Shown one piece after another: positions 53,691 through 63,517 of a stretch of 64,000 nt of DNA. Position 1 is the first letter of the stretch. Each line of letters starts with the position of its first letter. The stretch is from assembly GCA_021513695.1 (NCBI GenBank), contig CP084166.1, positions 768,001 through 832,000 of the forward strand, read 5' to 3'. The position numbers and the translations under genes were made by a program. This DNA comes from Candidatus Heimdallarchaeum aukensis. GTDB lineage: Archaea; Asgardarchaeota; Heimdallarchaeia; Heimdallarchaeales; Heimdallarchaeaceae. The notes under the pieces were generated by a model. The model saw nothing but the letters and a program-made list of their open reading frames with translations. It searched no databases and had not been told where the DNA came from.

Positions 53691-54261
53691 ACCACCGCTA
53701 TGTTTATCTAGTGCGCAAAAGTGTAACCCATGTCTATTGAGTGAACAACTCTTTAGAAAAAGAAAAAGAGAAAACACAAGTCACTAGCTTCAACAGTGAA
53801 GAGCTATCTATTGCTCTTAAGGAAAGGTGGGAAATTAGATAATAAACACAATATCAAAAACTCAATTCATAAATTCTTTTTTAAATTTTTATTAGAGGGC
53901 AGTAAACATTGGAAAATCTAACTTTTGTACAATTTTTTCTTTTTGCTGCAATGGTTTTTTTTCACCTCATTCTTCTAATAAGGGGTTCTATACAAAAAGC
54001 CACCACCTTTACGGCAGTGGAAAAAAGGTAAGCTTCCAGTGGAATAGCACTAAAAATAATACGCTTTTTAAATGCTTTTTCCAGCAAAGAACAATAATAT
54101 CTAAAAGTAAATTAAAAATCATAAATGCTGTTTATTCAATTATTTTGCTTTTATCCATTTTTGACCATTTATAATAAAAAATCAAGATATATCTAAAGGG
54201 TCTAATTCTAACAAAGAAGACCTCTTTCAATAAATAATTTTGGATTTTTTCAATTTTTAAC

Positions 54262-55224
54262 TTATTCATATTTTTCCTTTTTGCTTTTCTTAATTTGCCA
54301 AAATATTCTATTATTATATTCAACACGTTTTATTTTCTCTTTTTTCTCCATTTGCAAAAGTAAATCCATAATCTCATTCTTTGATACATTAGGGAATAGT
54401 GTAAATATTTGATCCTCTCTTAATGGATGCCTTTGTGTAATTTCTAAGATTATTTTTTCTGGTGAAGAATTTTTATCTATGTTTTCTACTAATAATTGAT
54501 CATAGTGAGCAATACTTTCAGCATTTAGTATTCTTAATGCTTCTTGTAGTCTTTCCGTTAGTGGAATTTTCACCCATTTCTCTGCAGGTGGTCTTATAGG
54601 GACATTAATGAATATTTTATCTGGTTGAATTTTATCAAAAATTCTTTTTAGAACTTTTAATGTATTATCATCATCATTAAGATCTTTGACAAGCATTAGT
54701 TCCAACCATAGTTGACCTGAAAAAATTTTTCTAAACTTAATCATACCTTCTGTTATTTTATCTAAGTCAAGTTCTTTTCTAGGTCGATTAATTCTTTTAA
54801 ATAGCTCTTTGTTTGGAGCATCTAAAGTAGGTAAAACAAAATCTGCTTTACTAATTTCTTTTCTCACTTCTGCTTCACATAATAAAGCTCCATTAGTAAT
54901 AACTGCAATAGGTATTTGACTAATCTTCTTAAGTTCACTTATTAGTTCTCCTAATCCCTTGTATAGAGTGGGTTCACCGTCTCCCACTATTGTTATAACA
55001 TCAATGTCTAATTTTTCTAGAAGAGCTCTTCTTACTTCATCAACTATATCTAATACAGGATAGAACATCTTTCTTGTATTGGTATAATTTGTTGTTCTCC
55101 CTAATTGACAGTAAACACAGCTAAAGTTACAAGTTTTTGATGGAATAGGGCTGATTCCCAATGAACGCCCTAATCTTCTAGAAGGAACAGGTCCGAAAAC
55201 ATATTTATATTCTTGCTTACTCAT
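54262..55224 (-). CDS. radical SAM protein with C-terminal winged-helix-like tail
   Basis: FGPVPSRRLGRSLGISPIPSKTCNFSCVYCQLGRT (CxxxCxxC), GDGEPTLY. Confidence 0.8.
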   Translation of the reverse strand: MSKQEYKYVFGPVPSRRLGRSLGISPIPSKTCNFSCVYCQLGRTTNYTNTRKMFYPVLDIVDEVRRALLEKLDIDVITIVGDGEPTLYKGLGELISELKKISQIPIAVITNGALLCEAEVRKEISKADFVLPTLDAPNKELFKRINRPRKELDLDKITEGMIKFRKIFSGQLWLELMLVKDLNDDDNTLKVLKRIFDKIQPDKIFINVPIRPPAEKWVKIPLTERLQEALRILNAESIAHYDQLLVENIDKNSSPEKIILEITQRHPLREDQIFTLFPNVSKNEIMDLLLQMEKKEKIKRVEYNNRIFWQIKKSKKEKYE

Positions 55225-55556
55225 TAATTATTAAATCTTAAATTTATTAATATCTCTTTATGTATAACAAAAAACATCTTTCGCATTTTTGATTATCGAA
55301 GGTCCTTTCAATTCCCTCTGTATTACAAATATTTACACTAGCAATACTTTTGAGATTTTTCTCACTTGTTTTGAATATTATTTCTCTTTTCTAAATCTTT
55401 TTTTTTTATTTTTTTAATATCTGAATAAATATCAGATTATTTACAGAAAAAAAATTTTTTAATGGTCTTATTTTATTAGGAATTGGCGTTCTTTTTTGTA
55501 GTAAAAAAACAAATAAAACACTAATATTTAAAGTATCATGGAAAAAGGTTAGTTAA

Positions 55557-56090
55557 ATGACAAAAACAATTAATACTTGCAAGATTGTTATTGTTGGCGA
55601 TAAAGGAGTGGGAAAAACATCACTAGTCCATAGCCTAGTCGGGAAAGAAAAAATAATTAAAATTACTCCTGGGGTGAAAATAGAAAATATGCTAGTAGAT
55701 TTAGGTGAAAATATTACTGCAGACGTTGTTTTCTGGAATTTAGAAGAAGATCCTCATTTTAGATTTTTTCAACAAGATGTTCTAGAATGTCCAAATATTG
55801 TCTTATTAGTATATGATCTAAACAACTTTAGTTCTTTATTACACTTAGAAAATGAATGTCTTCCAATGTTTGAGAAAAATGACACATTAAAAAAATCTAC
55901 ACCGATTCTGATTGGTAATAAAATTGATCTAGGACAATCAATAAATGATAAGGTAATAGAAGATTTTATACAAAAATATGGAATTCCATCTTTCAAAATT
56001 TCTGTTAAAGAAAAAATCAACATTGAAGAAGTAGCTAACGCAACAATTGAGATAGTAAAGTCTTATTATAAGAAGAAAAAACAAAGTTAA
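55557..56090 (+). CDS. Ras-superfamily small GTPase-like protein with degenerate G3 (switch II)
   Basis: G1 GDKGVGKTS and G4 GNKIDL are intact. Where DxxGQ is expected the sequence reads VVFWNLEEDP. Confidence 0.7.
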   Translation: MTKTINTCKIVIVGDKGVGKTSLVHSLVGKEKIIKITPGVKIENMLVDLGENITADVVFWNLEEDPHFRFFQQDVLECPNIVLLVYDLNNFSSLLHLENECLPMFEKNDTLKKSTPILIGNKIDLGQSINDKVIEDFIQKYGIPSFKISVKEKINIEEVANATIEIVKSYYKKKKQS

Positions 56091-56340
56091 CTAATTGATT
56101 TATTGTCAAACATTGTTTAGTCATTCATTTCATATTTTATAGCAATATTGATTTTTATTTGCGTATTTTTCTGTATAGGATCGATTCATTGAGCCATTGC
56201 TATAATGAATTGTAGAGAAATAGTTTATTCAATAATAATAGTTTGTTCATCAGCACCTTTCTTTTCAATTTCACCAATTTTTTTAACTATAATAAAGATG
56301 AATTTCTAAAAAAGTTTGAGGTCAAATTAAAAGAAAGTAA

Positions 56341-56703
56341 CTATTTTGGATATTTTTTCTTGTTTTTTTGTAATTTATTTATTATAGCTTCTTCTAAATT
56401 TATTCCTAGGATTTCAGAAAGAGCTAATAAATATATTGCCACATCTGCAAGCTCGTCAGATAAATTATTCTTATATTGTTCACTAGCTAATTCGTTAAAT
56501 ATTTCTTCATCTGTTTTCCATTGAAAAAGCTCAAAAAGTTCTGCTAACTCTATTGCAATAGATAAAGACAGATTCTTTGGGGTATGATATTTTTTCCAAT
56601 CTCTCTCGTCTCTAAATTCTACTATTTTTTTAGTCAATTCTTCAATAGTTGTCAATTTAATCAAAATAAAAAAGAGAAGGGTTAGATAATTTTTTCTATC
56701 CAA
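56341..56703 (-). CDS. MazG-type nucleotide pyrophosphohydrolase (dCTP pyrophosphatase-like)
   Basis: FRDERDWKKYHTPKNLSLSIAIELAELFELFQW and ELADVAIYLLALS. The start is uncertain: the ATG at 56703 overlaps ilvE by 22 nt, and a TTG at 56655 is an alternative. Confidence 0.8.
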   Translation of the reverse strand: MDRKNYLTLLFFILIKLTTIEELTKKIVEFRDERDWKKYHTPKNLSLSIAIELAELFELFQWKTDEEIFNELASEQYKNNLSDELADVAIYLLALSEILGINLEEAIINKLQKNKKKYPK

Positions 56704-57752
56704 CCATATTTGTCTGGTTTTTCTCCAGTTTGTATTCCTATTAACTCTTCATAAAGGTGTTGAGTTATTTTACCTATCTCAAAGTTGTTTATTTGGTAAG
56801 TTTTACTCTTATAGAATAATTCACCTACAGGAGAGATCGAAGCTGCTGTTCCCATTCCAAATGCTTCAGTACATTCTCCAGTTTCTATTTGTTCTAAAAG
56901 TTTTTCTAGTTCTATCCTCGTTTCCTTGATTTTGTAACCAAGATCTTTGGCTAGTTGTATTACTGATTTTCTTGTTATTCCATGCAAAATTGTTCCATCA
57001 AGTTCAGGAGTAAGAATTTCTTCATTTACAACAAAGGCAATATTATTTGTCCCTACTTCTTCTACATACTTTCTTTCAATAGAGTCGAGCCATAATACTT
57101 GACTATATCCTTGTTTCTTAGCTATTTCTGTTTCGAATAGTGTTCCAGCATAGTTTCCTCCTGTTTTTGCTTCTCCTGTTCCACCTGGAGCTGCACGAAT
57201 GTGTTCGCTAGCAACATAAATTTTCGTTGGATTAAATCCTGCTTTAAAGTATGGACCAACGGGAGAAAGAATAATGTAGAAATAAAATTCTGCACTACTA
57301 TGCAAACCTATTGCTGGCTCTGTTGCGATCATAGTAGGACGGATGTAAAGCGAAGTTCCTTTTTCTTTTGGAACCCACTCTTTATCTAATATTATCAATT
57401 CCTTAATTGCTTTAACGAATAATTCTTCATCAACAGTGGGCATACACATTCTTTCAGCAGAACGATTGAACCTTTTAGCGTTCTCATATGGACGGAAAAG
57501 GTTGATACTTCCGTTCTGAGAATAAAACGCTTTCATTCCTTCAAAAATTTCCTGACCATAATGAAATACTGCACATGCAGGATCAAGAGTAAATGGTTGA
57601 TAAGGTACAATCTGAGGTTGACCCCATTCACCATCTTGATATTTCATTAAAAACATGTGGTCAGTGAAAAATCTACCAAAAGGTAAATGATGCATATCTT
57701 TTGGCTTTTCTTTTAATTGTTCTGGGGTGCATTTATTGATGATTATATCCAT
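56682..57752 (-). CDS. ilvE: branched-chain amino acid aminotransferase (class IV, long form)
   Basis: FGRFFTDHMF, AVFHYGQEIFEGMKAF, GTGEAKTGGNYA, GTAASISPV. Confidence 0.9.
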   Translation of the reverse strand: MDIIINKCTPEQLKEKPKDMHHLPFGRFFTDHMFLMKYQDGEWGQPQIVPYQPFTLDPACAVFHYGQEIFEGMKAFYSQNGSINLFRPYENAKRFNRSAERMCMPTVDEELFVKAIKELIILDKEWVPKEKGTSLYIRPTMIATEPAIGLHSSAEFYFYIILSPVGPYFKAGFNPTKIYVASEHIRAAPGGTGEAKTGGNYAGTLFETEIAKKQGYSQVLWLDSIERKYVEEVGTNNIAFVVNEEILTPELDGTILHGITRKSVIQLAKDLGYKIKETRIELEKLLEQIETGECTEAFGMGTAASISPVGELFYKSKTYQINNFEIGKITQHLYEELIGIQTGEKPDKYGWIEKII

Positions 57753-57975
57753 TGTAAAAAAGAGTTAAATTATTCGTTTAAAAGCTTTTATATCCGAAAT
57801 GGAGAAAATAATAACTATTTAGTTGTCAGACTGCAAGTAGAAGAAAAAATAAATGAAACAAATGTGAAGAGTAAATAGCTCAATGTAATTTTAGTAATTT
57901 TTTCTAGAAACAAATCTTGCTCTAGGAATAAATAAGAGATAAAGATATAGTCATTACAAAAAAGAGAACAGAGAA

Positions 57976-58097
57976 CCTTTCAACCACAGAAACTAAAGAA
58001 ATAGTTTTTCAACCAAACAAAAAAGATAATTGGAGAATAAGAACAAAACGAGAAAAAGAAATCTTTCAACCTTAAAAATCTTTGAAATATCTTTGAA
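57976..58097. promoter_or_regulatory. cluster of repeated motifs (TTTCAACC x3; ATCTTTSAA x3) in a 508-bp ORF-free spacer
   Basis: The decamers ending in TTTCAACC start at 57976, 58005 and 58062, giving spacings of 29 and 57 nt. ATCTTTCAA is at 58061. ATCTTTGAA is at 58078 and 58089, an 11-nt period. Confidence 0.45.
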
Positions 58098-58260
58098 TTA
58101 AGAGCAATTCTTCTAGTATTAGGATTATAAATTTGTTAACAGTTATAAAATATTTTTGAAATCGTCAGACATAATATTTAAGGATAAAAATTAGATACGT
58201 TTAAAAATATATTTAATAAATATATTATTCAGAAATAACAAAAGCAGATACATTAATCAT

Positions 58261-59427
58261 ATGCTGCATAGTAGCTTTGTACTAAAAAATCAAAAAAGTG
58301 AAAATATGAAAGGCAAAAGAATAGTTAACTTTTCTAGTTGTTTTCTATTATGTTTAGTGATTTTCTCAATTTCAACAATTGGATCTTCTGACGAAATTGT
58401 GGAAAGAGAGGAAAGACTTTCAAGTTCAGATATTTATCTAGCAGAGGAAACAAATACATTGTACATTACATCATCAGATGAAAATATTTTATATGTTTTC
58501 AGTACTCAATCACTAGAGATACAACAAACTATTGAATATGATTCGCCAATAACACATCATATTTCAAGGATTTTTTCTTTTGGTGACGAGCTCTTTCTCT
58601 TTAATTACAACTCTAGCAATTTAGCTGTTTTAAAAATAGATCCTGATTATTCAGTAAATTTACTTTCATTCACTCAAGATTATATTCCTATTAACTATGA
58701 CTGCATTTTTAGTTATCTTGAATATATTGGTTTTATTTCTAATGAAAACAAATTAATTTTATTTTCACCTACAAATCAAAGTCTCATAGATACAGGAATT
58801 ATCATTCCTAACATAAATTTTGTTACTTCTTGTAATGAAACAATTATTGTATACAATACTTTTCAATCTTCTAGTTACAAACAATTCGTCTTTTATGATA
58901 TATTAAAGAAAAAAATCTTAGCTAATTACACTTACAATAACACAAATGTTAAACTTTCGTATCTTCCTGAAGAACATGCTTTTGCAGCGCTCTACACCTC
59001 AGCTAATAATGTCTCTATTTTCTCTACTAAAGGAGATTTCCAAAGAAATATTACAATAAATTTAGAAGAAGAAATACTTACACCAATATTTGAAAGTTCT
59101 GGAAATTGGTTCTTTGCCTCGTATGAACATTTCTATCATTATTCTAATAACAAATCAACAGAGTTACTGACTTATAATAGTAAATTATTGTCCTTTGTTA
59201 CTATAAAAAAAGTTCTAACACAAGATTCTGTTCATATTTTTATATCCACACCTTATTATACATATTTGTATGATATAAATGAAGATTCTTTTTATGCATT
59301 ATACAAAATAACAACTGAATTAATTATAAATAATAATAGTAAAAGAATCTACTTCATTGATTTTGGATTGATAGCAGCAACAATAATGTTTGGAGCAGGA
59401 GTCATTTATTACTTGGTGAAGAAATGA
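58261..59427 (+). CDS. secreted/surface protein with C-terminal TM anchor
   Basis: Signal-like FSSCFLLCLVIFSISTIG, with the likely true start MKGKRIV at 58306. It has many NxS/T sequons and a C-terminal FGLIAATIMFGAGVIYYLVKK. Confidence 0.6.
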   Translation: MLHSSFVLKNQKSENMKGKRIVNFSSCFLLCLVIFSISTIGSSDEIVEREERLSSSDIYLAEETNTLYITSSDENILYVFSTQSLEIQQTIEYDSPITHHISRIFSFGDELFLFNYNSSNLAVLKIDPDYSVNLLSFTQDYIPINYDCIFSYLEYIGFISNENKLILFSPTNQSLIDTGIIIPNINFVTSCNETIIVYNTFQSSSYKQFVFYDILKKKILANYTYNNTNVKLSYLPEEHAFAALYTSANNVSIFSTKGDFQRNITINLEEEILTPIFESSGNWFFASYEHFYHYSNNKSTELLTYNSKLLSFVTIKKVLTQDSVHIFISTPYYTYLYDINEDSFYALYKITTELIINNNSKRIYFIDFGLIAATIMFGAGVIYYLVKK

Positions 59428-59476
59428 GTAACTTAATTTACAGCTAGTGAAAAGAAAGTGTTAAAAAAAGTATAAA

Positions 59477-61156
59477 TTAGGAAATTGAAGATTCCTTAAC
59501 TATACATATAATGGGAGAATTGATTACATAATATTCTTCTAGTGAAGAATTTTGGACGTTTGCAAAAGCAAAAGTTAAACTTGTTCCAGCAGAGAACGAG
59601 GAATTAACTTTTCCAACTATTGAAAAGATACCTGTAGAATTTATTAGTACTTTTGAATAGTTTTCTTCTGTCTGGGTAATCGAAATCTGTGAATTTAGTT
59701 CAGTAGAATTTACAGAATAAATGTAACTGAATGAATCGAAATAGTCATTATTGTTTGAGTCATATATCAGACTATTAAAGATGATAATGTTAATATCGAA
59801 TCCTTTAGGAATATTTGAATAAAAGGAACTTATGTTCATTACACAAGAGAAAGTACCGTTAGTGAAAACATCCATTTGTTCAATAATAATGGTCGAATTA
59901 GCTTCCCAATGGGGATAGAATATTTTTCCCCCATCAAATAAATTGTTGTTACTGATTGATGAAAGAAAAGAAATAAGTGGAAAAGGAATACAAATTAGTA
60001 AAATAAGTAAAGATGTAAAAATAACTCTTTTGGCAGTTGAAGAGAGTTTAAAACTTTTTTTGGTTATTTGTTCAGTAATTTTTTTGATCAGTAGAAAGCT
60101 TTTTGCCTTTTTACTTTTCCAATATTTAAGTATTTCAAATAGAATAAGAGGAAGATAGAATAAAAGAAATACTACAAAAAGAGCTTTTTCAAGAGTGAAA
60201 GGAATATAATCGGTTGAAGGTATTGAAATACCAAAAAGGACGATTGTAGTTTTAACTGCTACCTGAGAAACGTGATGATTCCAAAAAGATACAGAATACA
60301 GGAATAAAACAATAAAAACAACTGATGAAAGAACTATTTTTACCAATGATAATTTAGTCGAAATAGTTTTTTCCAAATCGTTTTTTGTTTTATTCTCTAT
60401 CGCAGGTTTTTTTGAGATCTTTTCTAGAAGGAAGTTTAGAAAACTATAGATTACAATATTAACAAGAATAAAAAGAATATACCATAAGATAGCAAATCTG
60501 GAGAAAAATAGACTAAAGGTTCCACTTAAAGCTATAACAAACACACCTACAAAACTAATAGCAACAGAAGATAAAACTGGAAGATTTGATATTCTATCAA
60601 TTACATAATTGATGTTTTGATTTTCACTAGTTCTATTTGGTTTTTCTTCATGAGAAACTAGAAGAATTAACCCTTCTAAAAGTAGAACTAAAGGAAGCAA
60701 AAAAGAACTGAGAATAAATAAAGGATTAAAAGATAAACTCAAATAAAAGGAAGAGTTTTCGATCATCTTGACAACCCAAAAGGCAGTTATCGCTACTTTG
60801 TAGTTATATATTAGAAACAAATAATCAGTCAATTTAGAAAAAGCAAACATGATCAAGAAAATACCTGTTTTTCTATTATTTACAAAAACAAGATAATTTA
60901 TTGACAACACAACAAATATAGTAAACAAAGCTAAAAAGATGAAAGAAAGCATAGATTCATTTGTATTCTTAATAGTAGAGAGAGAATTTTGAATCGTAGC
61001 TGTATCCTCTTTTAATTGAGTTGAAGAAACATAAGCTCTACCAAAAACAAAGGAAGTTAGGTGTGCTGTTAAAAGGTTTAAGAAAGACAAAATTAAGGCT
61101 ATTGAATTTAGAATTAAAACTGTTATTAATACAATTTTTTTTCTCATTTTCTTCAC
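59477..61156 (-). CDS. polytopic membrane protein with sequon-rich C-terminal extracytoplasmic domain
   Basis: More than 10 hydrophobic helices over ~400 aa, followed by a ~150-aa Ser/Asn-rich domain with NxS/T sites. Confidence 0.55.
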   Translation of the reverse strand: MKKMRKKIVLITVLILNSIALILSFLNLLTAHLTSFVFGRAYVSSTQLKEDTATIQNSLSTIKNTNESMLSFIFLALFTIFVVLSINYLVFVNNRKTGIFLIMFAFSKLTDYLFLIYNYKVAITAFWVVKMIENSSFYLSLSFNPLFILSSFLLPLVLLLEGLILLVSHEEKPNRTSENQNINYVIDRISNLPVLSSVAISFVGVFVIALSGTFSLFFSRFAILWYILFILVNIVIYSFLNFLLEKISKKPAIENKTKNDLEKTISTKLSLVKIVLSSVVFIVLFLYSVSFWNHHVSQVAVKTTIVLFGISIPSTDYIPFTLEKALFVVFLLFYLPLILFEILKYWKSKKAKSFLLIKKITEQITKKSFKLSSTAKRVIFTSLLILLICIPFPLISFLSSISNNNLFDGGKIFYPHWEANSTIIIEQMDVFTNGTFSCVMNISSFYSNIPKGFDINIIIFNSLIYDSNNNDYFDSFSYIYSVNSTELNSQISITQTEENYSKVLINSTGIFSIVGKVNSSFSAGTSLTFAFANVQNSSLEEYYVINSPIICIVKESSIS

Positions 61157-61499
61157 TTAGTCAACATCTATCCCTAAAATAGCAACCTTTATTAACATTT
61201 CCAATTATTTTTCCATACAATGTTTATTCATATCTATCTGCGAGAGCATACTCATTGACTATAGTATCCCTGGTCAAGAAAGAATATAGTATCTAAATTA
61301 TAGATTACTAGCTCTGGAAAGACTACATACAATACGCAGAAGATATGAAATCTGTTTTTATTAAGTTTGTTTATTATTAAACAAGAATATTAACACAACT
61401 GAACAGATCATTTATTTTCTGCGGAAGTTATGTTTGTCTTTTCTTTGAACAATTTCCCCACAATACCATCTTTGCTTTAGGGACTGATATTCACCCTCG

Positions 61500-62606
61500 G
61501 TGAAAAAAATGATAAAAATAGAAAATATAGAAAAAACCTACTTTAGTAAAAAAATAGAATTCACTCTATTCGTAAGAAATGTAAAGAAAAAAGGAAAAGA
61601 AATCAAAAAGTCTAAACCTACTGCTTCCAGTATTAGTGAAACAAAAGTCCACTACAACCCTCTATTTAAGACTGAAAAAAAGAAAACCTATGCTCTTCGA
61701 GGAATTAGTCTGAATATTAGAGAAGGAGAAATATTTGGTTTACTTGGTCCTAATGGCGCTGGAAAGACTACACTAACAAAAATAATATCTACACTTATTA
61801 TCCCCGATAAAGGTAATATCTTAGTCAATGGATATAATGTAGTTAGTAAAGTCAAACAAGCACGTGCTTCAATAGGTTTAGTAACAGGTGGAGAACGTTC
61901 ACTCTATTGGAAACTTACTCCTCTTGAAAATTTATCTTTCTTTGGTAGAATGTATTACCTATCAAAAAAAGAAAGTTTAGAAAGAGCTAAAGAATTGATT
62001 GAAATCTTTGGGTTAGAGGAAAAGAAAAATGATCTTGTTCAAAACTTAAGTACTGGACAGAAGATGAAAGTAGCTTTTGCCCGTGCTTTGATGCACGACC
62101 CCCCAGTTTTACTACTGGATGAATACAATAGAGGACTAGACCCCCAAGCTTCAAAAGACCTTAGAGATTTCATAAAAAAAGTTCTACAGAAAGAGCAAAA
62201 CAAGACAATATTACTTTGTACTCACGATATGGTAGTTGCAGATAATTTGTCTGATAGAGTTGGACTAATTTTTCAAGGAAAAATTGTAGCTTTGGATACT
62301 CCTGAAAAATTGAAAAGTTCTCTAAAATTCAGAACAAAATTAACCTTTGTTACAGATAAACCAATTGCCCCTCTAGTTGAAAAATATGAAGGAGTTAGTA
62401 TTCTTACAACAAAAAACGTTGAAGGAGAAAACACAACAATTCTCACTCTAAAAAACGGTTTATCTAGTATTGAAATAATGGACTATATAAGAGGAAAAGA
62501 CTGTTTCATTAAAAACTTTGAAGTAAACCATGCTAGTCTAGAAGATGTATTCCTTTCTTTTACAGGAAGGAAACTAGAAGAGATAGAAAACGGAGAGGAG
62601 GACTGA
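61500..62606 (+). CDS. ABC transporter ATP-binding protein
   Basis: Walker A is GPNGAGKTT, the signature is LSTGQKMKVAFARAL, and Walker B is LLLDEYNRGLD. A Lys-rich ~45-aa insertion precedes the P-loop strand. Confidence 0.85.
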   Translation: MKKMIKIENIEKTYFSKKIEFTLFVRNVKKKGKEIKKSKPTASSISETKVHYNPLFKTEKKKTYALRGISLNIREGEIFGLLGPNGAGKTTLTKIISTLIIPDKGNILVNGYNVVSKVKQARASIGLVTGGERSLYWKLTPLENLSFFGRMYYLSKKESLERAKELIEIFGLEEKKNDLVQNLSTGQKMKVAFARALMHDPPVLLLDEYNRGLDPQASKDLRDFIKKVLQKEQNKTILLCTHDMVVADNLSDRVGLIFQGKIVALDTPEKLKSSLKFRTKLTFVTDKPIAPLVEKYEGVSILTTKNVEGENTTILTLKNGLSSIEIMDYIRGKDCFIKNFEVNHASLEDVFLSFTGRKLEEIENGEED

Positions 62607-62610
62607 TAAG

Positions 62611-63516
62611 TTGGTTAGCCAAACAATAGAACTGAGAAGAACAAAAGCTGCGATGTTAAACGAAAAATTACTGTATAGAGCTAATAAAAGATCCTTCAAA
62701 AACTCATTACGTGTAATTCTAGCTTATGCTTGGAAGAATCTACAAAATGATCTTCGCTATTTAGGAAGTTGGATTTACTGGATGGTTGTTCCATTATTAT
62801 GGCTTATTCCATACGCATTTCAAGGAAAAGCTCTTCTTGGAGATTCAGACTCAAGTTTCTTCCTTAAATATGGAGGAACTGGAGACTATTTCTCCTATGT
62901 AGCTTTAGGATTTATTCTCTTCAACATCGTCGACTCTGCTATTTGGGGCGCAGGAAATAGGTTGAGATGGGAACAAAAAAGTGGAACTTTCGAATATATA
63001 TGGATTACACCAATTTCAAGGGTAGAATTGCTTCTAGGTTCAAGTTTTTCAGAACTTGTTTGGATAGCATTTGTATGTACAACCCAGTTCCTTATTCTTA
63101 ACTTTGCTCTATCTTGGACATTCACAATAATACAAATATTACTAGCGCTAGTCGTAATAATAGTAACAATAGCTGGTTTATTCAGTTTTAGTTTCATATT
63201 TGCAAGCATAATATTAATTTTCAAAGAACCAGGAACTTTAAGTGAATTAACAGATATATCGCTGAATATATTTCTACCTGTGAGATACCCTTTACGTATT
63301 CTTCCACCTTTCTTACGATGGATAGGATATACAATACCTTTTGCTTACGGATTCTTCTCAATTAGAGCTTTCACTTTAGCACGAGAATATAATCTAGGTT
63401 TCGTATGGTTAGCTATACAGCTTGTTCTATCAACGATCATGTGGATAGTAGGTTTGAAAATATTCAAACGTATAGAACATCGAACTAGAAAAATAGGACA
63501 GATAGGAGCGTATTAA
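62611..63516 (+). CDS. ABC-2 type transporter permease
   Basis: Six-TM pattern. TTG start 4 nt after the ATPase stop. Confidence 0.7.
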   Translation: MVSQTIELRRTKAAMLNEKLLYRANKRSFKNSLRVILAYAWKNLQNDLRYLGSWIYWMVVPLLWLIPYAFQGKALLGDSDSSFFLKYGGTGDYFSYVALGFILFNIVDSAIWGAGNRLRWEQKSGTFEYIWITPISRVELLLGSSFSELVWIAFVCTTQFLILNFALSWTFTIIQILLALVVIIVTIAGLFSFSFIFASIILIFKEPGTLSELTDISLNIFLPVRYPLRILPPFLRWIGYTIPFAYGFFSIRAFTLAREYNLGFVWLAIQLVLSTIMWIVGLKIFKRIEHRTRKIGQIGAY

Positions 63517-63517
63517 G

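Noticed and set aside
56243-56524. Plus-strand 93-aa ORF
   Set aside because: It is antisense to the MazG-type gene, which has clear family motifs.
57976-58071. Reverse complement GGTTGAAAG repeats as a degenerate CRISPR array
   Set aside because: Only an 8-9-nt core is shared, and the periods of 29 and 57 nt are too short for repeat-plus-spacer units. No cas genes are nearby. The repeats are kept only as a possible regulatory motif.
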